Below, piece after piece: positions 44,333-51,828 of a stretch of DNA of 64,000 bases. The stretch is from a bacterium (lineage in GTDB: Bacteria; Patescibacteriota; Minisyncoccia; UBA6257; GWB1-50-10), in assembly GCA_021815205.1 (NCBI GenBank), contig JAKAHD010000001.1, forward strand, positions 89,247 through 153,246, read 5' to 3'. Within the stretch, counting starts at the first letter, position 1, and every line of letters begins with the position of its first letter. The notes beneath the pieces are model-generated. The model ran no database searches and was not told the DNA's origin. It saw only the letters and a list, made by a program, of their open reading frames with translations. The position numbers and the translations under genes were made by a program.

Positions 44333-45865
44333 CTATTCACCGATATTCAGCGCCATTCGTGTGTTGGGGCCGACATATCCGGTTGCTTCGATACCGTGCG
44401 CCGTTTGATATGCCTTGACGGCCGACTCTGTAAGAGGGCCGTAAAATCCGGTGATTGTCCCCGAATAAAATCCCCGCGAGGATAATTTCTCCTGCAGTGC
44501 GGTCACTTCCGCGTCCTGTGATCCGATGTTCAGAAATTCGGTGAAGGTATATGCAGGGCTCGCGCTCGTACTTGTAGTGGCGGTTGTAGTAGGATTGGCG
44601 TTGAGGTTGTTCAGGGCAGGCGCGCGTGTACCCATACTTGCGGCGAGCCGAGACAAGGTGTTCGCCATGGACTGAACTTGCGTTACGATCTGCGACAACT
44701 GGTTTTGTATAGATTGGATCGCCGAAAGCAAACTGCTTGCGGATGCTGGGGAGGCGGTCGGAACAAGGGTCCCGCTCACCGTCGCGTAAAGCGTATTGCA
44801 CCCGCTCCCCGAGGCACACACCGTGATCGCGTCTGATCCCGCGCTCTCCCCGTAGAGCACGAGCGAATTGCCGTTCACACTCGCTTGAGCGATTGCGCTG
44901 TTCGCATTTGAAGAAACATAATAGCTTGATCCGCCCGAAAGTGAGAGGTTGAAACTTTGACCAATCGTGAGCGCGGGGTTTACGACGCCAAACATCACGT
45001 TCCCTGTGGAACTCGAAGCACCAACTGTCGCATAGATCGAACCACAACCATTCGAAGCCGAACAGACGGTGATCATGTCGGAGCCGTTTCCTATGCCGGA
45101 TATCGTAACCACGTTGCCGCTCAAGGTCTGTGCCGCCACGCTTGGGTTGGAGTTGCCGGTCACGTAATATCCCGATCCTCCCGAAATGGTAACGGTGATG
45201 GTCTGACCGAGCGCGATATTCGGATTGGAAGTACTGAAATAGAGCGACCCGCTCGTGGGATTATTATTCACCGTAACATAGAGTGTGCCGCAATTCGAGG
45301 CGGTCCCCGTGTAGCAGATTGTTGCGGTGGCTGACCCCGTTTGATTCCCCCGCACGGTGATCTGCGTTCCGTTTGTCTGCATCGAGACGGCGGAAGGGTT
45401 GGAGTTCGTCGCCGTATACACCGGAGCGGAACTTCCCTGTGAATACAGCGTCACTGACTGCCCGATACCGAGCGTGACGCTCGTCTGGCTTAGGGTCGGC
45501 GTTCCCGTCGGCGCGGGCCATACTTGCATTGCCGACTGCTGACCGTTCACGATGACATACGCGGATTGTCCTGTGTTGATTCCGTATGAAGATGCGCTAA
45601 TGTTCATTGAGAAGTACCCGCTCGAGTTCGTCGTGCCGAGCGTTACCGTCCGCATCCCAGACCCACTCGCAACGTTGTAATAGAAGACAACGCTCGCATT
45701 CGGGTCTCCAAAGACGCTCACGAGTGCCGAATCGCCGCCGGCACTTGAAAGTGAGAGTGTGGGCGTCATTGCCGCGCGAGCGCCTGTTGCCGCAAAAAGA
45801 CCGATGCCGCTCAAGCCCATTACGAAGAGAGCCGTAATTGTCCAAAATCGTCCCATTGCATACAA
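44333..45865 (-). CDS. secreted repeat protein with C-terminal peptidoglycan-binding (PG_binding_1-like) domain
   Basis: Signal peptide. Three or four about 65-aa Gly/Ser/Thr-rich beta repeats each ending ...ITVC-x3-GCG/N-x-[IL]YATV. C-terminal FTEFLNIGSQDAEVTALQEKLSSRGFYSGTITGFYGPLTESAVKAYQ. Confidence 0.55.
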   Translation of the reverse strand: MYAMGRFWTITALFVMGLSGIGLFAATGARAAMTPTLSLSSAGGDSALVSVFGDPNASVVFYYNVASGSGMRTVTLGTTNSSGYFSMNISASSYGINTGQSAYVIVNGQQSAMQVWPAPTGTPTLSQTSVTLGIGQSVTLYSQGSSAPVYTATNSNPSAVSMQTNGTQITVRGNQTGSATATICYTGTASNCGTLYVTVNNNPTSGSLYFSTSNPNIALGQTITVTISGGSGYYVTGNSNPSVAAQTLSGNVVTISGIGNGSDMITVCSASNGCGSIYATVGASSSTGNVMFGVVNPALTIGQSFNLSLSGGSSYYVSSNANSAIAQASVNGNSLVLYGESAGSDAITVCASGSGCNTLYATVSGTLVPTASPASASSLLSAIQSIQNQLSQIVTQVQSMANTLSRLAASMGTRAPALNNLNANPTTTATTSTSASPAYTFTEFLNIGSQDAEVTALQEKLSSRGFYSGTITGFYGPLTESAVKAYQTAHGIEATGYVGPNTRMALNIGE

Positions 45866-45958
45866 ATGTAGAGAGCGAAGATGAAATCAATATGAACCCC
45901 GTTACCCCCCTTTCTTTCCTGCGTTAAGGCCAGAGTTTTGGGGAATAACGGGGTGAAG

Positions 45959-46984
45959 TTACATCACAGCGGGGAAGGTAATGATCACGAGCGTCCCCTT
46001 CCCCGGTTCGCTTTCAATGTGAATGGCGCCATGATGCGTATGCGCGATTTCTTGAGCGATCGCTAGCCCCAAGCCGGTTCCACCGCCCTGCTCCCGCGCC
46101 TTATCGGCTCGATACAGACGCTCATACACATGCGGGAGGTCTTCTTTTGCTATTCCTATCCCCGTGTCGTGAACGCGAATCATTATTTTTCCGTCATGTG
46201 TGTAGACCGCAACCCGAACATATCCATTGGCGGGAGTGAAATGAAGCGCGTTGCTTATAATATTCATTATAAGCCGCTCTAAGGCGCCGGCTTCCCCGTA
46301 CATCCATGCGGTATCGGAACGTTCAATGGAGAGCTGAACATTGCGCTCCGTCGCAATACCCTGCATTTTTGTTACCACCTCCTCAACGAGTTTGGCTACG
46401 TTGATTTTTAGAAAAGAACGAGTTGTTTCCCCGCTCTCTAACTTTGAGAGCGTCAGCAAGTCCTCGGTCAGTTTGGTCATCGATTGCACTTCATTGATGG
46501 CGCCCGCAATACGCATGCGTCCTTTTTCGTTGTTCCATTCCTTTTCCCGCAATGCCACCTCTAGATTGGTTCGTATTACCGCAAGCGGCGTGCGGAGTTC
46601 GTGCGATGCGTCAGCGGTAAATTGCTTTTGTTGTTCCATCGCGTGTTGAATGGGTTTTAACGTCTTCCCCGCCAGAAAATAACTAAAGCCGCCTAAGACA
46701 AGCAGCACCAATGCGTCGATAAAAAATATACTGGTTTGCAGCTCATCCGTTGTTTTTGTAATAACTAGTTCTTGGGTTTGTTCGCTTGAAAAGTTGCCCT
46801 CAAGATTATTCCGAACATTTTTGGCGAGCGCGTAGTAGAGTGTTACGCTAAACGCGACTAATATGACGGCAATAATACCGACATAGAGACCGGTAAGTTT
46901 CAGACGAGCGCGTTGCAACACACTATGCCTTGAGGCGGTAGCCCACTCCGCGAATGGTTTCCAATACTTTTTCATTGTTGCCAT
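45959..46984 (-). CDS. sensor histidine kinase
   Basis: Two TM helices, H-box ASHELRTPL, N/G1/G2 boxes (GTGLGLAIAQ). Confidence 0.8.
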   Translation of the reverse strand: MATMKKYWKPFAEWATASRHSVLQRARLKLTGLYVGIIAVILVAFSVTLYYALAKNVRNNLEGNFSSEQTQELVITKTTDELQTSIFFIDALVLLVLGGFSYFLAGKTLKPIQHAMEQQKQFTADASHELRTPLAVIRTNLEVALREKEWNNEKGRMRIAGAINEVQSMTKLTEDLLTLSKLESGETTRSFLKINVAKLVEEVVTKMQGIATERNVQLSIERSDTAWMYGEAGALERLIMNIISNALHFTPANGYVRVAVYTHDGKIMIRVHDTGIGIAKEDLPHVYERLYRADKAREQGGGTGLGLAIAQEIAHTHHGAIHIESEPGKGTLVIITFPAVM

Positions 46985-47597
46985 GCGCTATTTTCTTGCG
47001 CAGATTTTTTATATGCACGTCGACCGTGTTGCTCATAGCGTTCGCGGCAAAATCCCACGCATGGTCATACAACTCATCGCGGGTTACCACCTTGTTGGGG
47101 TGGCGCATCAGATATTCCAATACCATAAACTCTTTGAGTGTGAGCGGAACTTCCTTCCCGGCGCATGTTACTCTTCTTGTTCCTGTATGTAAAGTAATGT
47201 CCTTGATGGTGAACTCATCCGGTACCATTGCGGCGGGGCGACGCAGGAGCGCGCGAATTCGGGCCGTCAGCTCATCAAATGAAAATGGCTTTATCAAATA
47301 ATCGTCCGCGCCGCAGTCAAGCCCCACAATGGTATCTTCGGTCGTGTCTTTCGCTGTGAGCATGAGTACTGGAATGGTAATATTGGCATTGCGCCAATCT
47401 TTACAGACGGATATGCCGTCCTTTTTTGGAAGCATGATATCTAGAATCACCGCATCGTAATCATGCATCCCGAACCCAATTCGTCGTGCGCCGCTTTCGC
47501 CGTCTAAGACGTAATCGGCGGCATATCCTTCTTGTACTAATCCCTGCTGTATTCCCGAGGCCAGTGTTTCGTTGTCTTCTATGATTAAGATTTTCAT
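46923..47597 (-). CDS. OmpR-family response regulator
   Basis: Start moved to MKILIIEDNE. Receiver domain (D...DIMLPKKDG), winged-helix C-terminus. Overlaps the kinase gene. Confidence 0.85.
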   Translation of the reverse strand: MKILIIEDNETLASGIQQGLVQEGYAADYVLDGESGARRIGFGMHDYDAVILDIMLPKKDGISVCKDWRNANITIPVLMLTAKDTTEDTIVGLDCGADDYLIKPFSFDELTARIRALLRRPAAMVPDEFTIKDITLHTGTRRVTCAGKEVPLTLKEFMVLEYLMRHPNKVVTRDELYDHAWDFAANAMSNTVDVHIKNLRKKIAHGNNEKVLETIRGVGYRLKA

Positions 47598-47628
47598 GGG
47601 TGTAGCATACACAATGAAGATGAAGCTT

Positions 47629-48249
47629 TCATGAAGATTGTTTCGCGGACGATCGAGAATATTTGACAATAATTCTAGTAAGAATGACCGCAACAATGAC
47701 CGCGAGAATAAAAATGCCGGCTCTCGTTGACCATGCCTCGATGACCCGCAACGCGCCGCCAAAGAAATAACCAAGAAACAAGTGCGCCGTTGCCCACAGA
47801 AAACCGCTCACGAGATTCCAGAGCAGGAACTGCCACTTGTTCATCTTTGAAAGACCGGCAATAAAAGGGATGATCGGTCGAAGCGGTCCGATGAATCTGC
47901 CCAAGAACACGCTCTTGCCGCCGTGCGTTTTGAAGAACCGCTCTCCTTTTTCCAAGTGCGCCCGCTTAAGCCATCGGTTTTCTTCCTTGAAGAACCTCGT
48001 TCCTTTCGTCCCAAGCCAGTAACTCAAGTTGTCGCCCAGTATCGCGCCTATTGCCGCGAACCAGATCAGATCGCCGAGATCAAGATAACCCCGGGAGGAG
48101 AGGAAACCCGCGAGGGTCACAAGGATCGCGCCCGGCACCACCGATCCGACAAATGCGAGCGACTCGGTGAGCGCGACGAGCAACACGAGCCAATACCCAA
48201 ACACGCCGAGGTGCTGGAGTGCGGGGAGTATTGAATTAATCGCGTTCAT
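47629..48249 (-). CDS. DedA/SNARE-associated family membrane protein
   Basis: VTLAGFLSSRGYLDL...AIGAILGDNLSYWLGTKG signature region. 206 aa. Confidence 0.75.
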   Translation of the reverse strand: MNAINSILPALQHLGVFGYWLVLLVALTESLAFVGSVVPGAILVTLAGFLSSRGYLDLGDLIWFAAIGAILGDNLSYWLGTKGTRFFKEENRWLKRAHLEKGERFFKTHGGKSVFLGRFIGPLRPIIPFIAGLSKMNKWQFLLWNLVSGFLWATAHLFLGYFFGGALRVIEAWSTRAGIFILAVIVAVILTRIIVKYSRSSAKQSS

Positions 48250-48407
48250 TGGTGTAGTTATTGTACCAAGTTAGAACCTGTTTCCAAAATCCATAACAGA
48301 AGACGGATTTTTGCGGGACATATTCTGCGGGGGGTAGGATCCCGGATGAATTTAGGATACGGCACCGTGTGCGGTGCCGTATCTTCGTTTAAGGAGGATT
48401 GGGAAGA

Positions 48408-48600
48408 GAGGTGTTATGACGCGTCATAACACCCTTTGTAATTCTATGCCAAGTTATAACGCCATGGCATTATAACTTGGTATATAACCTTCTTACTAAC
48501 TTATGTGACGATCGTCACATAAGTTAGTAACCCTCACGCCTATACTAGGTTGTGGGGGCAGACCGGCGCCATTAAGGTTATTAGTCTACCGAACGGTGCA
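48408..48600. repeat. intergenic conserved element (family R1) copy B with two extra long palindromes
   Basis: Same GGTGTTATGACGCGTCATAACACC palindrome and 'cctatactaggttgtggggg...gccattaaggttattagtctacc' tail as 8151-8270. Inserted 38-bp perfect palindrome 'ttactaacttatgtgacgatcgtcacataagttagtaa' and near-palindrome 'ccaagttataacgccatggcattataacttgg'. Confidence 0.7.
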
Positions 48601-48728
48601 TGAAGATTACAGGTGCTGCACTTCAAAGTTGCATTCGCCTTTGTTGTTGATGATGAAAACGGAGATTTTATGGTAAAATCAAGCTATGTTCAGGGTGTAT
48701 AAGAATCTTTCAGAGAACCTCGTAATTT

Positions 48729-49361
48729 TTGTCTTCGCCTCGTTCGCTGACAAAAACTTCTAACGGAGTGAATAAAAAATTACCAACCGCAATTATTATC
48801 CTTGCTGGTATCGTTTTGGGATACCTCTTTATCTCAAGTTCGCAACAGTTCAAGTTTGGACAACCGAAAGAACAAACACACAGCGGAATAGTAAATGAAG
48901 CATTGGCGGCCAAGTTTGATTACTTAAGCAAAAACGGAAATTCATCTTGTTCAGCAGTGTTTCGCGATTCTATCGCCTCAAAATCAGATGGCGCCCGACT
49001 ACAAGGTTCATGCTGCAGCCCCATGAGCATGCACCGCTATCGCGAGCAAGTCGAAGCGCTTAAAAGATACAGCAATATTAAAGAAATCCCTCCCGACCCT
49101 TACGACATTCAGGCCGGACTTGCCAAAATACTCATGTCCCATTATGGCGACGAGCTCTCGCCGGAACAGCAAAAGGTCTACGACTACGCCATGCAAAACT
49201 CAAGCGAGAAAGGGCCGTGCTGCTGCAAATGCTGGCGGTGGAATACGTATGGCGGTTTAGCAAAAATACTTATTACAAGATATAGCTTCACTGGCGAGCA
49301 AGTAACCGAAGTGTGGAATTTATCCGACGGCTGCGGCGGCGACAGTGAGCATCATCACTAA
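48729..49361 (+). CDS. Cys-rich hypothetical secreted protein
   Basis: Track start is TTG. A GTG preceded by 'cttctaacgga' (VNKKLPTAIIILAGIVLGYLF) is a plausible start. Cys clusters SSCSAV, GSCCSPMSMH, GPCCCKCWRW, DGCGGDSEHHH. Overlaps next gene by 17 nt. Confidence 0.45.
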   Translation: MSSPRSLTKTSNGVNKKLPTAIIILAGIVLGYLFISSSQQFKFGQPKEQTHSGIVNEALAAKFDYLSKNGNSSCSAVFRDSIASKSDGARLQGSCCSPMSMHRYREQVEALKRYSNIKEIPPDPYDIQAGLAKILMSHYGDELSPEQQKVYDYAMQNSSEKGPCCCKCWRWNTYGGLAKILITRYSFTGEQVTEVWNLSDGCGGDSEHHH

Positions 49362-51162
49362 TATGACAAAGGTGATTCAAAAAGAAGACAAAAAATTATA
49401 TCAATGTGAAGCGTGCGGCTTCCAGTATACAGATGATTCGACCTCGCTCATCACAGGGAAAGAGTGGGCGGAAAAATGCGAAGCGTGGTGCAAAGAACAC
49501 AAGAGTTGCAATACTGAGATAACTGCGCATGCCGTTCCACAAGACAGCGAACCTGAAAAAAGCGAGCTTAACGCCGTTCAAAGCAAAACATCAGAGGCGT
49601 CTGCCGATCCGCTTGCGGGTAGAACTTCTAACAGGGTCAAGCCGGAAGACGTTAAGTTTCTGGCCCGTTCGATAAGCTCAAAGCCGGCTTTGAGTCGTAT
49701 CGAAGGGATGACAAGATTTTTCTACGGTCTTGTCGGCATCGCCTCATCCCTTGCCTTTTTTCTTATCTTGTACTGGGCATTACGACTTGATTCAACAATC
49801 ACGAACATAATCGCCAACACCTACAGCACCCCGCTCTACTTCTGGCCGTACGTTACTCTGACGCTCGGCGCGATTGTGCTCTTTGGCGTCAATGTTTCTC
49901 TCCTTGTATATCGCTGGAGAAAGTTCGGACCGCCACGATTCAAAACAGAAGCCGGCGGCGGAGCAGGAACACTTTTCGGCATTGCGGCCTCTGCGTGTCC
50001 TGTTTGCGGGTCAACCCTGCTTTCGGTAATTGGCATTGCCGGAGGGCTTGCCGCATTTCCGCTTGGCGGGCTTGAACTTAAAGCATTGTCTTTTGGATTT
50101 ATGGTATTGCCAATTTGGCTAATAAGAAAGGACTTGTCCGCCAAGGCCTCAGTGTCGGCGGGAGCCTCGGCACAGGCGGGCGAAAGCGGCATATGTCCTC
50201 TCCCAAGAGACCACCGCTTCAAAGAATCTGATCGGCCGTGGCTTTTAGCGCTTCTCGCCTTGGTAATTGTTTTGTCGCTTATTAGCTGGAATTGGCTTAA
50301 GACCGAGCCGATTATCGCCAAAGCCCTTGCTCAAAACCGCATCTTGGACTCAAGCTACAACGCAAACATTTCGGCGAAAGGAGATAAACTCATTAATGAA
50401 GTAGTTGCGCAGGTTCTACCGGAGAAAGGGTTCCAAAGTAAAATCGCGCTCGGCGATAGCGTCCTGAAATTGGTGCAAAACGGCGTGATTGATCGAGATA
50501 AGTTCCTCGCGATTTATGAAGATCGCGGCGGTCTGCCCGATGCGCTAAAAAATGTGCTTGATAGCCCCTCGACAAAACCAATTCTCCTTACTCGCGAGAA
50601 TGCAAACTACTATATAAATCTCATGTGGCCGTTGGGGCTTGCAAACTACATGTCGTCTAACAAGAAAAGCCCTATTAGTGGTAAGTCGCTCTTTCACTTT
50701 GCTTCGACTGGCGGCTGGAACTTGGGAAAAGAAGAAAACGGCGGCGCGTACTTCAACAAATTTAAGATTGCTAAACTAACACCGGAGCAAGAGGCGCTGG
50801 TCACGAAAATCGCCCAAAGTACCTATCGCCCCTGCTGTAATAACTCAACGTTCTTTCAGGATTGCAATCATGGCTCGGCTCTCTTGGGACTTTTGCAACT
50901 CGGCGCGTCCCAAGGTTTAACTGAAGATGAACTCTATCGTGAGGCGCTTGCATTCAATTCGTTTTGGTTTCCTCAAAACTACGTTCAGACCGCGCTCTAT
51001 TTCAAAGCGACGAAAGGCACTGATTGGAATGAGATTGATCCAAAAATGGTGATGGGAAAAGATTTTTCTTCCGCGAGCGGTTGGTATACCAACATTGACG
51101 CGGAAGTGAAACGGCTCGGCCTTGTTCCACAGCAAGAAGGCGGCGCAGGTTGCGGAGTATAA
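49345..51162 (+). CDS. fusion protein: N-terminal zinc ribbon, 4-TM region with membrane CPVCG, C-terminal novel 'PCCNNSTFFQDCNHG...GCGV' domain
   Basis: N-terminus homologous to the 21329-21535 protein. C-terminal about 300 aa homologous to the 24736-25710 protein (shared LW..GLAN, GGW, YRPCCNNST[YF]F.DCNHG.A.LGLL, SQG, WFP, GG.GCGV). Confidence 0.6.
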   Translation: MSIITNMTKVIQKEDKKLYQCEACGFQYTDDSTSLITGKEWAEKCEAWCKEHKSCNTEITAHAVPQDSEPEKSELNAVQSKTSEASADPLAGRTSNRVKPEDVKFLARSISSKPALSRIEGMTRFFYGLVGIASSLAFFLILYWALRLDSTITNIIANTYSTPLYFWPYVTLTLGAIVLFGVNVSLLVYRWRKFGPPRFKTEAGGGAGTLFGIAASACPVCGSTLLSVIGIAGGLAAFPLGGLELKALSFGFMVLPIWLIRKDLSAKASVSAGASAQAGESGICPLPRDHRFKESDRPWLLALLALVIVLSLISWNWLKTEPIIAKALAQNRILDSSYNANISAKGDKLINEVVAQVLPEKGFQSKIALGDSVLKLVQNGVIDRDKFLAIYEDRGGLPDALKNVLDSPSTKPILLTRENANYYINLMWPLGLANYMSSNKKSPISGKSLFHFASTGGWNLGKEENGGAYFNKFKIAKLTPEQEALVTKIAQSTYRPCCNNSTFFQDCNHGSALLGLLQLGASQGLTEDELYREALAFNSFWFPQNYVQTALYFKATKGTDWNEIDPKMVMGKDFSSASGWYTNIDAEVKRLGLVPQQEGGAGCGV

Positions 51163-51272
51163 CCCCGCCTCCGGAGGACGCGGCGGAAAGAGGGAACAAG
51201 TTATACCCCACGAATAACTCCTATTCACAAACAGAGAACAAAAACACCATCCTTGATGAGTGGTGTTTTATC

Positions 51273-51345
51273 TGGTGCGGGATACGGGAATCGAACCCGT
51301 GCCTCAACCTTGGGAAGGTCGCATCCTACCACTAAACTAATCCCG
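51273..51345 (-). tRNA. tRNA-Gly (anticodon CCC), CCA encoded
   Basis: Acceptor GCGGGAU/AUCCCGC, T-arm ACGGG-UUCGAUU-CCCGU, anticodon arm CGACC-UUCCCAA-GGUUG, 3' ACCA present. D-stem weak (wobble pairs). Confidence 0.65.
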
Positions 51346-51413
51346 CCTACATTTGCCCCGGCAAACTTCGGCGGGCAAGCCCGCAAAGATGACCGGAGTT
51401 GAACGAATGTATC

Positions 51414-51722
51414 TTATTTCTTGGTGCTTGTTGATGAGCTTGCGGTGCTTGATGAAAGTCCGGGGACGACAATAATAAGCTTTTCGCCCGGCGCGACGTA
51501 GTTCGTTTGCGATTTAAGCTCGTTCACCAGATTCTGCGGATTTTGGTAATATTCTATCTTGTTTTGGAGTTCATGGTTCTGATCCTCGAGTTCTTTGAGT
51601 TGCTGTTCCATGGTCCCCGTGTGAGCTTCGAGGCCGCGCTTCGAGTTTTCGAGTCCTACCAACCCTCCTACGAGGAGGAGCACCACAATGACGAAGAGAA
51701 TAGGTCTCCATGCCCGCATCAT
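51414..51722 (-). CDS. FtsB/DivIC-like septum formation initiator (TM + coiled coil)
   Basis: 102 aa. N-terminal TM (ILFVIVVLLLVGGLVGL), then heptad-like LEAHTGTMEQQLKELEDQNHELQNKIEYYQN. Confidence 0.4.
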   Translation of the reverse strand: MMRAWRPILFVIVVLLLVGGLVGLENSKRGLEAHTGTMEQQLKELEDQNHELQNKIEYYQNPQNLVNELKSQTNYVAPGEKLIIVVPGLSSSTASSSTSTKK

Positions 51723-51828
51723 GTGTATTATACATCAATTGACTTTAGAAGCAGATCACGCCGATGAAACGCAGATGAACGCAGACGTAACCTCTGGTTC
51801 ATTTGTGTCGTTTCTATGTTGGTTATCT

